This document shows positions 1-14,089 of a stretch of 64,000 nt of DNA, piece after piece; the stretch's first letter is position 1; each line of letters starts with the position of its first letter. The translations under genes and the position numbers were made by a program. Under the pieces are notes generated by a model, which worked only from the letters and a program-made list of their open reading frames with translations, searched no databases and was not told where the DNA came from. This DNA is from Lingula anatina. Taxonomy: Eukaryota > Animalia > Brachiopoda. The stretch is from assembly GCA_051362555.1 (NCBI GenBank), contig CM120648.1:14070587-14134586 (forward strand), given 5' to 3'.

Positions 1-357
1 AATTTACAGATTTGAAGACATGGATGTCCACCTTGAAAGATGGCAATTTGTCAAAGTCAGGAAGTAGTTTCCACGTTTTAATATATTCATAAAGGAAGTT
101 CCAATACCTATGACTTGTCAGACTTCAGTAAAAAAACATTCCAGAGAAGTGTCACCTTTTATTATTAATATTATACATGTAGAAAAGGAGATACAGACTT
201 CTGAATAAAGTGTATTGATTTCTTACAGGACTAACAAGTCAAAGGATTTTGCTTGGTAAAGTTGAAGTATTTTTCAGAAAACTATGCAACTTCTTTTAAA
301 GTTACACTTATGAAGTATTCCATGCAAAAATGAAAAGTACGCCAAGCACTTTTGTAA

Positions 358-833
358 GACTGGCTTCCCAACTCTAGATCGATCTAACAGGATCGGTCCA
401 TCTCCACGGGGTTTCTCGCTAAATTGCTTTCAGCTGAAGTGGCTTAGATGTCTGGCACGCCTGCTAAAGCTGCTAAACGATGTGTATTACCCCCTGTCAG
501 CTTCAGTAGCCGTGACAGACATCTAAGGCTGTATTCCCAGAGCTTTTAGATCGATCTATCCCCGACGGGAGTCTCACTAGATTACTGTCAGATAATCCGG
601 CTTAAATGTCCGTCCCGCCTACTACAAGCTGTAAGGGAGTAATTAACTTTCGTGTCCGCCCGGCTGACAGCTATTTAGCGTGAACCCCCAGGGAGTTAGG
701 TCGATCTAAAGTAGATCGATCTAATCTCTGAAAATGGGGTCAAAGCCGCTCAAGTTAATTGCATTTAAGCGAGAATCCCCTCGGAGATAGTTCGATCCAA
801 AGTTGGTACGATAGGGAGTCTGGGAATGGTCTC
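358..833. mobile_element. PIF/Harbinger-type (Tourist-like) MITE, family A1, interrupted by a nested family A2 copy
   Basis: Imperfect TIRs (gactggcttccca / tgggaatggtctc), TAA on both flanks (355-357, 834-836), subterminal GATCGATCTA motifs; an uninterrupted inverted copy lies at 26650-26906. Confidence 0.7.
527..741. mobile_element. PIF/Harbinger-type MITE, family A2 (nested in A1)
   Basis: ~215 bp; closely similar copies at 36955-37169 and 57808-58032; TIR-like ends ggctgtattccca / tgaaaatggggtc, preceded by TAA. Confidence 0.75.
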
Positions 834-1200
834 TAAATGACTAAATTAATAAAATTTCTTGTCAATGAATATTGTTATTCTGAGTTTTTCTTTTTTAGAT
901 TGAAGTACCCTCAAAATCTTACACGTACATCTGATACGTACATAACATATGATACATGTGTATGAATACGGATACTGAATTTTTTCTGTTCGTAAAGCCA
1001 ATCTATATGGACACCAAATACATCTTCAAATGCGAGCTATGCTGAAAAAACAAAATTCCCTCCAACGTTTCTTAAAGCAAACCGTGATTTGGTGTCTTCC
1101 ACTATAGAATGCGCTCTATTTAGAAACAACATTGGAGTGCGGACCTATTATACAGGTTCAGGAAATTTACCATAACATTCAACGTCTTTCAGACCTTTTA

Positions 1201-2109
1201 CGCCAAAGCCCAATATAGAGGTGCAATTGCTGTCACAGGCAGTTTGAAAACTATATGCCTGATTATTTAAATGTCCCAAGTGAAGATGTTTGTATCAAAG
1301 TTTCACTCTCTTGGAACCATAAATAATAAAAAATAATTCATCTTCTATCCCCAAAAAGAAACATACGTTACTGTCACAAATGCGAAACGTTCAAGTATTA
1401 AACGTTTTACTCATTTTGAAAATTCAATCATCTCTGGTTTTGTTCTTTGATTTATCTCCTACAAGTATAACGTTGTAAAAATTATAATAATCTTCTGTAT
1501 AGAGCAATTAATTGTCTTTGAGCAACTTTAGTTTGCTTGTCACTGAATATATGAAAAAAACGGGGAAAATACAGCCTACCGACAGTAAAATAAGCATTAA
1601 ATAAATTATTTTTCCTCTCGTGATCCAAATATTATATCAGAAATGTCAAGTTATCATATGTTTTTCGGTCCACAAAAGAAAACATTGTCTTTGCACCAAG
1701 TACTAGAACAAAATGAAACATTTTGACAATTTTTCTAGGGCTACTATTAGCTATGACGCAAAGACCTTTGAGTTACAGTTTTAAATATTCATAAAAACAT
1801 CCTTACGTCATGTCTTATTTACAATGACTGAACCACTGCAAAATAAATTGTAACGCCGTATAAAAATTAAAATTAAATGACACGGAACATACGTTACCGT
1901 ACGTTTTTGGCACGTGCGTTACCATTTAGGGCTCTTTGCGTAATGTAAAAGACATGGTAAAAATTAAAATTTGAATTTAAATTGAGACAGTCGTTGATTT
2001 TTGTTCTATACGCATATATGTTTTAAAAAATTGAATACAACTTTGTATTCATTCAATCTTATCTTTTGACGCTTCAGCATGTGAAATGCACCTCCATATT
2101 GGACTTGGG
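1201..2109. mobile_element. Non-autonomous TIR element with TA flanks (Tc1/mariner-pogo type)
   Basis: Inverted ends ccaatatagaggtgca (1210-1225) / tgcacctccatattgg (2087-2102), TA at 1199-1200 and 2110-2111, AT-rich non-coding interior. Confidence 0.55.
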
Positions 2110-3364
2110 TATTTAACGTGTTAAGCAAGACTAATGCCACAACTGTAAGCTAAATGTGATATCAACCGCAGTGTTGTTTTCTTCTGAGCGGCAGCATCAA
2201 CATCACCCCGTAAAAATTTAACTTTTAAGGGCGTACTGTACTAATACCGGAAAGTTAGCAGATTTGATTAGAAAAATGACATTCTAGCTTCTTGTAGGCC
2301 CCAACACCAGTCCTCAAGGTCACTAGGTGGCATGAGTATTCAAATTAAAACCCCTCAGGAATCTCCGATCAACTAGCACTGCCTAGTTTGCTGTGAGGGT
2401 GTAAATCCAATATATTAAACTAAATCATTAACATGTCGTAGAATATTCCCTGTCCACTGGTTTGCTTGTGATAGATATTATCCTGAAACTAAAATCGAAT
2501 ATCGCTAATGACGGGAAATATCATAAAGATTGTTAGATGCATGAATCAATTTCGGATAAAAAACATACCTTCATTAATACAACAAAGATGAAAACGATCA
2601 TGAAGGTTAGTTCAGGAGGCCAAAATTGGTCTTTTAGTTGAACAGTCATCAAACGGAGCTCGTACAATCTGTACGTAATACGTTGTCTGTGCACTCCCAT
2701 GTACGGCGGTGCACCCACGTGATCATAACAAAGAGAAACACATCTTCAGATTCGCACAGGTGAATTATACTAAGCTTAAAACATCTTTATTGCTGTGATG
2801 CTTTCTGCATCCACCAAAAAGGGCCAACGAGACCAAGATTAATCAGTAAAGTTGTCCGTTGAGACGTTTGAAGAAAATAAACAAAATGATTACAGTGATG
2901 AAGCATTCGGGAATGGACAGAATTCAATTTTTTTTTTTCAAAGACAACCCACACTTCAACAGCCTATCCCACGGGAATGTTCCAACCAGTCACTAAAAGA
3001 TGACGATTTTAAGGATATTTATGATAGTATCTTCCGGGGTCCAACGCATTTTTACAAAACAGAATCTCAAGTTTGGCTTAGAAGTTAAGTGTATTTATGT
3101 CCATTAATCATTTTACGCATATATTTTTTCCTGATATTTTCTAATGCCAAGTAAAGGTGTTTCATAAAATTTTAACTACATGTACTGTACATTGAACTTA
3201 AATATTTTTTAAATTGTTCAATGTTTCAGCTTGATAAAGTCATAGAAGCTACGGAGGCCAGAAATCCGCCGTTTTCATTCAGTCTGGAAGCAACCGAGAT
3301 GTTAATTATCCATTTATTTTTCTTGCCCATGTGTCTGCCTCTGGTCGACAGGACGCAGCCAACG

Positions 3365-3837
3365 TAAGTCACGGTATGGGTTGCATTGGCTACTGTGGTT
3401 TAGGCGAGCTGGCAGTGGTCAAAGGGAACCTTCAAGCAGAGCAATGCATCCAAGTACTGGAAAGGAACTTAAGGTATTCTGTCTTGAATATCTTAGGGGA
3501 CCATGACCACCCATTTATGTGTCAGCATGATATGCTTCTCCACGCACAGCCAATGCAAAAGTGGGCTGGTTTTACACGAACCAGATACAGCCCCCCCCCC
3601 CCCCCCCCCCTCACAATGGCCAGCTCAATCCATAGATTAGAACCTTATTAGGAATATGTGGAATATCCTCGGATATGGATAACTGAGGGATAACCATACA
3701 AACAAAAACGATCTCATACTATTGTAGCAACTTATGTAGAACGCCATCACTTTGCGAACATCACAGAACTTTTTGACTCCACGAACGGACGCGATAGTTG
3801 CGTCCTCCAATCCAGAGGATACTGTACAAAATACTAA
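3365..3837 (+). pseudogene. Degenerate Tc1-family (DD34E) transposase, C-terminal catalytic part; right end of the element at about 4006
   Basis: Frameshifted pieces VTVW/GCIGYCGLGELAVVKGNL, FMCQHD, WPAQSID*NLIRNMW and SRGYCTKY* match the Tc1 motifs VWGC, FQQDNA, WPxQSPDLNPIENxW and GGxTKY. Confidence 0.8.
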
Positions 3838-5756
3838 AATGTGGCTTTCATTTCTTACTATGGTTAGGTTATTCATTGGTTGTACAAAAATCAGTAAATT
3901 GTGTGAAAAAATATTTTAGAAGTTGAAAAAATATTGTATCATGACATGTTGTTCTGTATCACTTTACGCACTGCATAAAGGGTGACACTTTTCTGCAAGG
4001 AGAGTATATGTACCCCGGTAATGCAACAATTACGTTGTTACAAGGTACAGGGTTATAAATTGCATGCACTAGTGAAGAGATAAATAGACTTTACCTGAAT
4101 TTTATTACAGATTACTCTGAGGCGTTCTTTCCAAATTGATGTAGATCTAGAGCCAGTAAAAAGCACAAAAGAAAAACCCAGGACAAAGGCGCGCTAGTCA
4201 ACAACACAGATTCTCTTTGCAAATCAAAAAAGTTTAATAAAAATGCTGTTGGTTTGGTTGTTAAAATGTTTGAAATGCATTTTTGTAATAAATAGTGGGC
4301 CACGTGTTATGGAAACTACAGTATATTTTCCAGGCACCTCATCTGTTCATACACATACTATTCCCAGCGAGCTATTTAGCCAGTACTTGCTGACATTCAA
4401 TCACCACTCAGAGCAATCACTGCATAAGCCGTTCGTGGTTTTAGTCACTGTTAATAATAGTCCAAGTTTCATTTTATGTAGCCAGCACGTAAGCACCCGA
4501 ATAATCTAATATTCTGTTAAGCTATTAATGTATCGTCATGTCTAAAGTGCATCTTTTCTTTAATTTAAAATGCAATGATTGCATATAATATAAACGTGCA
4601 GTAGACTAAATTAGATGAAGAAAGCGCGTCCTAATCAGGCATTTAAATACAGCATTTTTGACGTAAGAGCTCAGAATCGTTGTGGTACTTTTGCACTAGA
4701 AAAGTGTAATTCAACCGAAAATCTTATTTGTACCTACATCTCATAATTGATTTTTTTTCAGACACTTCACCCCCAAATCCTTAATTCTCCCCGGACTTTC
4801 AGTGTGTCGTACTTCTACTGACGTCTGTCTGCAGACGACATCGATCTCTCTCAGTAACATAGATCCACAGTGTTATCTTATCTAATCTAATCTGATCAAT
4901 TTGAAAAACACAACCAATCTAAAACTGCTTTTAACTTTTCGTCTGAGAAATAAGTCTGCATGCTTTCACCTCAGTGAAAATCCGAGTCAAACGTTGAACT
5001 TGGATTGTTTTCCTTCTGGGTCTCCTTGGCTCCCTATTTCATGGGTTTGTTTGCACAAGTAGCACAAGACTAGATCAACACAGCACCGTTCGTTTTAATA
5101 AACGTAGTTTGTTGGACTGAGAATTTGCATCCCTTTTAAACTGCTGAGATTACATTATTAGATTGTTTGTTATTAATGCACGTATAACGATCTCTAGTGA
5201 ACCTTTTTTGATAGTCATTCATAAGCTTTATATAAGGGAGACACTACAGGTACGTAAGAAGTATATGCTGTCATGGTTACGTATTCTAAGTATCACATTA
5301 ATTGGTAGACATGTTGCACCATGTATCGCTTAATTGTTCCACAAGAGAGTGTTGTTGCTTCAGCTGCCAACCAGATTGAAGGTAACGTGTTCCATCTTTA
5401 TATGCTGCACGACCAATACAACAGGAATAAAGTTTTAGACACTAAAATATACTTTTAAAAGGGATACTACGAAGGCATTGTCCTTTACTTTCTGAATATC
5501 CATATATATATAGTACCATATCGCCGGAAGCACTCTTGGTTCGCAACATACAGACTGTACAGCGTGCAAGTGACGGCCCCAGAACCTGGCCTACTTGACC
5601 TACAAAGACGATCTTGTAAGGTAAGTGCTGTGTCCAGCGTGTTGCTTCGGAGTTATGCAGATTTAGCTGCAAATGTTATGATTATATTTCTAAGACGACG
5701 TCAAATACAGTTGATAATCCTAGGTCACAAAGCAACAGCCTTGATAGCAGTGACTG

Positions 5757-6004
5757 CTACACAGTACTTAATTGGCTTGAAGGTGGCGGCACGCATTGTT
5801 TACAACAGTTTGGGCACCAACTTGGTAGTTTCTCTGAGAACTGACGAACCATATCGTCTACACTCATGCATATAGAGGCACCGAGATAGAACACTGCTGC
5901 TCCCCAGCCTAGCCCAAAACCGAAACCGAAACTGTGGTCCGGAAGCTTCAAGACAAGCTCTGTCCCTACGGGAAAAGTGACCAAGGCTGCCACTGCTGCT
6001 AACG
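5757..6004 (-). CDS. TMEM47/PERP/VAB-9-like tetraspan protein (PMP22/claudin superfamily), last coding exon (end of TM3, ECL2, TM4, C-tail)
   Basis: ttttcag acceptor (phase 1); ALAAVAALVTFPV...HSFGFGFGLGWGAAVF resembles TMEM47 HEFNWGYGLAWGATIF; ends in -STV (class I PDZ-binding motif) followed by a stop. Confidence 0.85.
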
Positions 6005-7724
6005 CTGAAAAATAAAGAACGGGTAATAATGAGAGGGCATGATGTATGCAAATAAGTATATGAAATACATTCAAACATTTTCAAAAGTAAATCATCTATA
6101 CCAACAAACTAAACTTTTATTTTAGCACCTTCCCCATGCTTTCAAAATGGTTCTTACAATCAATCTCACCAACTGCATTTTGTGTTTGTTCACTCAGCAA
6201 CTGAGTAATTGTGATAAAATGTGTTTATAAGGATTGTTTATACGAAAATGTATATTATTGCTCAGAATATTGTTTACAATATTAAAACTTTTAAATATTT
6301 CTTGAAATGCTGAAATCTATTGAGACACAAACCAATATGCGTGAATATCTTTTCATGAAGGCGTTAACCTCTTTCAACGCCTTTCGGTAGGATGAGAAAT
6401 ATATTATGTAATTAAATGGTGGTATGTGGTTTAAGATAGATCCTACACGTATTTTAGCTTGTTTTAGCTGATTTTTTTTGTCTCTAAGCCTATCAAATAT
6501 CAATTTACATATACAGATGCTATATACCATATTATTTATAAGTCGTTTGCATTTGCCGGGAAAAGGTCCGCTGTGGGTAAAATTTGATCCAGTTTCAAGA
6601 AGGTTTCATTTTTCAGAAAACGACTCCCCCCTTCCACCTTTGAAACTGCTGACTACGGACCGGGATTATAAGCGGTTTTGGTTTGATGACTGTAAAATCA
6701 TGAACATCGCCACAATATGATGTAGAATAGAAGCATACTCGTGTATTGGATACGATGCATGCTGTGTCGGATAGCTCTGTGTTCCCAGCTACCTGTATAT
6801 CTGAAACTCTGGGTGACACAGCAATGATCAGACTGAAATTTGGATAATGGATTATATCGTCGCTGTTATTAGGACGTAGGCTGCCATGTAATAGCTGCAT
6901 AATGGCTTAATCAATAACATATCAAATAAAGTAATTCATTTTGCACAGCCTGATATACATACATCATCGTCAGTGCTGTCATAACTAGGGAACCTTCTAT
7001 TCCCATTTCTGTCTACGCATGCATACAGAAATTTGAAAACTCACAACAAAGAGGTATTTGGGGATTAACTATCTCGGGATTGGGGTGGGGGGGGGGGGTG
7101 CAGGGTGTTATTGAAATAACCTAAGTTAATTTGTCACGTCGCGTTCGTACAGGGGTATATGTAAATATACCGCGGTAAATTTGTAAATATTCGTCGACAA
7201 GGCCCGTGTTGATTACAGATTGTCAAATGCCCAGCTAATAAAGTGCATGTCGATGTCGCGAGTTTTGGAGCCTAAAAAGAAGCGAAATCTTCATGACAGT
7301 AAAAGAGGAAAGTGATGTGCTCCTCGTGGATTTGGCATTTGTGCATGGGGTCAGGGAATGACGACACCGACGTGGCCCACCTTACTACGCGCATAAAGCT
7401 AATTGGTTATTATGCTTAAGTTATTAATCCATAAATGTTTAACAATTTACTCCATAATAACATTATGCTTCTAAGTACTTAGTTATATTACCCAAATTTA
7501 ACCATTATATTCTGGCCTAGTATTTGACCCCTTCCCACACGCATTTGAAGTTGCGTTTATTTCTTGAAACTTACCACGCATCATACCGATGATATGCCCT
7601 GTGGAATACAACTCATTCTAAACCATTCTTCTGATGAATGCAGTGTATACCTACGGTTAATGAGAACTATGTCCCCCGAGAAATTTTGACAAATACTCTT
7701 TTGATCAAAACCGTGAATACTTAC

Positions 7725-7874
7725 CACATATTAGAAAAATCTCCCCAGCGGAGTGAAAGTAATATATTTTCTTGGCCAAGGCAGTGCTGCAGACGCCACA
7801 CATGGAGAGAACTGTTGCTAGGACACCAAAGCCCAGAGAGAAAATAAGAAGCCCTATAACTGCATTCTGCCAAT
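7725..7874 (-). CDS. TMEM47-like gene, coding exon 3 (TM2 to TM3)
   Basis: tttttctcag acceptor, G|gtaagt donor, 150 nt, phase 1-1; WQNAVIGLLIFSLGFGVLATVLSMCGVC...KKIYYFHSAGEIFLIC. Confidence 0.85.
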
Positions 7875-8358
7875 CTGAGAAAAAAATCACATTATCAAGA
7901 TTAAAACAATTAACAATTAAGGAATTAAAGTTATATTGTAAATGAATTTAATATTATACATACATAATTCCTTATTATTCCTTTAAATTTCTGTACACTT
8001 ATCGGTCAAGAGATCAAACTGATCTTTATCTCGAACATTAACCTAGATCAAATAACGTTAATATTTATATAATGGTATATTTATAGGTTGAGATATCAAA
8101 CCAAAACATCATTTAGTTTATCGACCCAGTGATGGAATATTATATTTCTACAATAAAATAGTATATTCAGTTGGAAATCATTTGTAAACACTGCAGGAGA
8201 TCCTACATTAAGTCTCATTGGTGCATTTGTTAATAATGCTACATCTTTCCGGTTCAGTGCATTTACGTTACTTGGGTATCCGCCAGTGATTTTTTGTGAG
8301 TTTTCATTTGTAACCCGGTAGGAAGAATGAGTAAATAAAACAAAACATACGTATATAT

Positions 8359-8360
<2 letters not shown>

Positions 8361-8396
<36 letters not shown>
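8361..8396. repeat. (AC)n microsatellite
   Basis: Direct reading. Confidence 0.95.
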
Positions 8397-8397
<1 letters not shown>

Positions 8398-8922
8398 GCA
8401 TGTATTTAGTAAGTTTCATATGAAGGCCACTGCATAACATGGCTACACGGTTTAATATATCGATTATCACCCGGCAGATAAATCATCCGCCTGTGCCCTT
8501 TATCTAATTATTCTCGCGTTTAGGGGGCATGTCAAACAAACTATCTGATGTGTCATGGAGTCCATGGAGTCTAAAAGACCATACACGGTGATGGCAAGCA
8601 GATGAAGAATCACGATTTAACCTCTGAAACCCAGGATATGTGGAGTTCTTATACGCATCTATTGTAACAATGTAACCAGTCGCACGGTATAGATTTGTAT
8701 TAATATTGCTATCTAGACTTCAATGTGATATTTAGACATCACATATACGCACGTTTGAGGAAATACACAGGTAAACGCACACACAGATACATGTACGCTC
8801 CCACCAACATATCAAATTTTATTTCATAAAACCATTTATGTACCACTTATATTTTGCCAATCATGTACAAAGTAAAACTATACTTATGTGTTTTAAAGAT
8901 ATTAAAATAAATATGTTAATAC

Positions 8923-9024
8923 ATGGCCTGTGATAAACGTCTCTCTCTGTGCATTCTGTGAAAGCAAGGTCAAGGCCGCGTGACGTGTTGGTTTCACACA
9001 CCTGAAATACGCCGGACTGAAAAT
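8923..9024 (-). CDS. TMEM47-like gene, coding exon 2 (extracellular loop 1, proximal version)
   Basis: Poly-T-cag acceptor, T|gtatta donor, 102 nt, phase 1-1; (N)FQSGVFQVCETNTSRGLDLAFTECTERDVYHRP carries a claudin-type G-[LV]-[WF]-x-x-C...C motif; not in the ORF track. Confidence 0.8.
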
Positions 9025-9928
9025 CTGAAAAAAAAAATCATAAAACTAAATTGAACACAACGCACAACTATATATTAAATTGCTGATGTAGATAATAACA
9101 TTTTCATCAACTCAAAACATTTGTGAACAAAATGGGAGTGGCCTTGCGTGTGGTTTCGAAATATAAGATAACACGACAAAACGAACAATACAACAGCAAC
9201 AACACAATTATAATAGAAACACACATATTCAACCTTAAGTCATATTTATCATCAAATTGACGCAAAGGTATAAAGTACCAACTTTTTCTCTAAACAATCA
9301 AAAAACTTAGAAGCGTGTTTTTTTCCCATGGACTACAATGCAGTATTCACAATTTATTTTGAGAAACTAAATTGTAAGTACTTTTAATTTTGTTCTCTTT
9401 AACCCCCTTTCACCAATACCACAGAAATGACCCACTGAGCACCAATCAATGCCGCATTATTCAAGCGCTGTTATTTATAGAGCATTAGTTCTAGCTAAAG
9501 CCTTTTGATTCTTGCTTAAGAGCTTATTGACCAACGCAAATGCTGTTCCGAACATAAGATAGACATTGTAATGCCCTTTTAAGACATGGGTAGATAGTGC
9601 GCACAAGACTGATATCTCCAAACCTACGAACGCCATCATGGCGGGCCCTTACACATGTGAACAAAAGCTTTTTATTTCAAACACTTTGGGCAAAGACATG
9701 TACGTTGACTGTATCAAGTGTGTTTTTAAAGACGCAATACCAAATTACCAAATATCAAACTCGTGTTTCTACTTCTAAATGTCCCAAAAAGCAACTTCTC
9801 TTTACCAATTCTGACCTTAAAAAAGACATACCCCTCATATAAAAATACCCAATGTGAATATTTTACTTCGGAAATGTAATACTGAGATACTACTGGTATG
9901 GCGGTTGAAAAGAATTACGATTCGTTTA

Positions 9929-11052
9929 TACCCCCGTCACACTAGAGGCGGAATGAGCAAGAATGCCGTCGTAAAGACAATTCTTTGTGCACTCCTGGAT
10001 ATTCGAAGAGCATTCTAAAAATTCCGAGTGCATTCTAAATATTTTTACCCATTCTTGTGGCATCTCGAGTGTTTTTGTCATGTCAAAAACTTTCGAAGTG
10101 CATTCCAAGTGGAAATTTATCGAATGGCATTTGAACAGTATTCTAACTGCACTATGACTGCATTCTAAATATTCTCACGGCATTCCGACAGCATTCGAAA
10201 CATTCTGATCACATTAGAGGAATATTCGAATTGACAATTGACTTAAAGCCCCCGTCAAACTTATTCGAAATCAGTAGGAATCAAGTCGGAATTACTAAAT
10301 TTAAAAATTCGTACCATATTCGGGAGGGAATTTCAAATTATCATAAAATATTACGGCTTTGTAAGAATGCCTCTGGAATACTAAGAATGCACATAGAACC
10401 CGCCTGGAATGATTCTTGCACATTCCAGGTATATTACCTCTCAAATGCAGCTTGAATGTAGTTGGAATACTGTAGGGATATTGCGATAAATTTCCTCTTG
10501 GAATGCACTTCGAAAGTTTTTGACATGAAAAAAACATTCGAGCCGGCACAAGAATGGGTGAAAATATTTGGAATGCACTCAGAATTTTTAGAATGTTTTT
10601 AGAATGCTCTTCGAATATCCTGGAATGCACAAAGAATTGTATGTCAGACGCCATTCTTAATCATTCCGCCTCTAGTGTGACGGGGATTTTATATTCCGCC
10701 AGAATGTTTCGAATGTGCCACGGATGAGCTGAAATATTAATGTTGCCAGCAATCGAACTACGCTAGTGCGCCGTTCAAAGTATATTCTAAATATTCTTAC
10801 TGCCTTCTTACAGCATTATAAATATTCCTAGTTTTCCAACTACATTCGAACTGCTTTTGAGAGCTAATACGGTCGAAAGTGCATTCATCATTCCAGGCGA
10901 ATTCAAGCGCATTCTGAGTATTCCAACGGTACTCTTACAATAATTAAGGTCAATTTGAAATTTTTACCCGAATGTGGTGCGAATTTTTAAAATTCTTCGT
11001 TCAGGCTCATTCTTCTTCATTCCTGCTGATTCCGAATAAGTGTGACGAGGGT
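9929..11052. mobile_element. Harbinger-like MITE family C: outer copy containing an inverted copy of the same family (about 10246-10688)
   Basis: Four termini share ccc(c)gtca(c)act; inner left end matches the reverse complement of the outer right end and vice versa; TTA on both sides of the inner copy; CATTC/GAATG-rich interior. Confidence 0.75.
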
Positions 11053-13019
11053 AAAAGGTTATAAGCGGACGAACGGGATGTGGTTGCTAATTCGTTCATG
11101 CTCTTTACGTTTATCAATTGATGAGTATATGCCACTTATGCCGAACATGGGGTTAAATCCCGTATGTAATTTAGATTTCTTTTTGTCCGAAATTCTAACC
11201 CTTTCTCTGCCCGGCTTTGTCACTTTCCACATAGCTTTTATTTTGGTATCGCTATATACAAGTCCACAAATGTTCAATATGTGTCTTAAATTCTAACATA
11301 GAATGTATAATAAAAAAAAACCACTTCTGCTACAGCTCACTAAACGAGATATACCGGGGTACATGTACATATACCCGCTGTTCTTCCTCTGTACGAGGCA
11401 CACGGCCAACACTATCCTGATTAAAAAAGAACGCATTATAACCGATACCATTCTGGCTCATATTAAGAGCTCGCGAGCAGCAGCCTGATCTGGTTATGAT
11501 GTAAATGTGCCTTGAATCCACCATGGATACAGTAACACTCGCAATTTCGTGGTTAACCTTTCAACCCAAGGTTGTTTGATCGTGTGATCTGAGCGTCCCT
11601 GAATGCGTGCGTAATGTGGTCATTTGGGAGGATTAGAGGATCGATACGTGTTGTACCCAGTCATATTATGAGCCCCATCGCTTAGACTTAGACACGCGGC
11701 CAACTGATCCAAAGCTTCTCTTGGGAAATCATGAACGCCATCGAACGCCTTTCCCCCATCAGAATCATAATAGTGTCCCGATGTATTTGGAGTTAAACTG
11801 TACACACGCAAAGATAAAGCCGTCGAATGATTTGTCTCGACGTTTTTCAAATTCTGTCTACATTATAAAGGTAAAAGTTGTCACATTCTGAGTTTTGCGT
11901 GAGGTTCTGTTTTTCCAAATTTGACAATGTAGACACCCTTTCGCGTGAATGGCAATAATTGGTCATTACTTCACTTTTATATTTGCATCTACAATACAAT
12001 TTCACGTCTTCAGTCGGATGGTGTATACTTATATCAAAGAGCAGATGTAAGCACTGATTTCCTATCAAAGTTTAGTGTTTCATTTGTGATGATTGAAGTG
12101 AAAACAAGCAAACAAGAGCTTGGGCCCAAAAGAAGGAAGCATTTTTATGCACTTACGAAACGTGTTTATAAACACAATTTTTAACAGTCTGGAGTATTTA
12201 TGTCCTGATCCAGAATTTTCAAGGGACATTTATGAATGAAATAACACAGACTTAGTATCATCGTTTTACGTCTTCCACAACACATGCTAAGAGCAATCAG
12301 TACTAGGAAAGCACTTCTTGATAACACCAAATTAAAAGGCATGGTGAATATCATATAAAACGCCACCAGTTGGCGGCTTTGATTGCACTGACAGAAGGTC
12401 AAATATTGATTGACTTCACAACGGTACAGACTAGGCAAGAAGTAAACCTTCCCGATCAACTACGTACCCACCTTGTCAGTTTTAATTGCGACTGTCTTTA
12501 TTCTTTTACTAATTTCATTTTTTCCCTTTGTCTTTACAGACTTATATATAACTGATAGTGCCTCCTCTATCCATTCTTAAAGAGAGCATATACTACTTTT
12601 GCCTCCCTTTCCTATCTTTAAACTTTGTTCAAAACATTAGGATTATCGACCGTTGTAATACCAGACAGTGATATGAGCTTAATGTCAGTAAAATTGAAAC
12701 TGGACTGAAAAAAATTGAAGCTATGGTAGGCCTTGGTTCTCCGGCCCCTATATTAAATTAAAGTAACAAATAGAAAAAATAATTGAGCTTTTATAATATC
12801 CTTCTTTTACTTAAGGGTGCTCAGCGGATTATATCTTGGCGAAGCAGCATCACGCCTTCACTCAGCCATTTTGTATTGGAATTCTGGCACGTCGTTGTGA
12901 TAGTGATTTGTAAAACAAGTAGCAGTGTAACAACACTCCCGTACATGTAGCAGGCATATCAACTTAAGATAAACCGCGCAGAAAGAATTGATATGTAAAC
13001 TAGTCACCCACACACCCTG

Positions 13020-13064
<45 letters not shown>

Positions 13065-14089
13065 ACGATGTTAATATACTTAGAGCTTCAGCATCTAATC
13101 AGTTCTTTATTTCACTCCCAGGGGATTGGAGATATACTATACTTTCTAGCAAAATAATATGACGATCAATTCGCTTTGAAAATCATAGTGCACCTCTCTG
13201 CGCGATTGTTTTCATATTTTTCACTTACGTCGTTACACATTTTAAAGGTGAAACCCCACGCTTATACTTATTTAAATATATAGACAAAATACCACCACAA
13301 CGCCCATCACATAAAGAACAAAAGATGGCCAGGAAGTCAAGTGGTTTGGGTTTCACATTGAGCCGTTTACCCTCAAACCACTTTCCACGCGTTTTGTGGG
13401 TTTATTTTGTGATTACTTCTTTCTGCCTGGCGGATGTAAAGGATGTGCGTGTAAATTTTATCTCCTACGATGTGTTTTTTGTCTTTCGTTATCGTGTTAG
13501 AGCTGATTTATACTGTTGAAATGTGCCGCTGTTTCAAACTGTTATCTTGGACATAATAACGAAAGGACGTGAAACGCGTAGCAAGATCAAAGGATAATCG
13601 GCGCGAGCTCTTCATGAAACCATGTGCGTTCGGATCACATGACCTCCCGTACAGGTAACGAGCGTATCGCAGTTGTCGTTGACTTTTTGTGACATTCGGG
13701 GAGGTAGTTCGCGATAACGTGAGGCAATCTTTCCAGTTGATGAGACAATAAATTTATAGAGATTAATTATAAGTACAATTTGTTCTATCAATTTGGAAGC
13801 TATGTGAGAATTTGATATGTTTGCTCACGGAGGAATTAAAATTGCCGTATGTGGTAAAGGCAATCTTGTTTGTTGCCGTAAAAAGAGCATTCAAAATTGT
13901 ATAATTGTAGTGTAGCGTACTTGTTTTTAGCTATGATCCGATAGGAAAATATTTCTAGTGTCGAAATTTTCTCTCTCCTGCGATGCGGCAATAACGAAAC
14001 CTTCAATCGTGTATTGAATTAAAATGACACAATTTCTCTCCGCTATCTTAGGCTCGCTGACATTTCCTTTAGACCGGTATTTTAAATAA

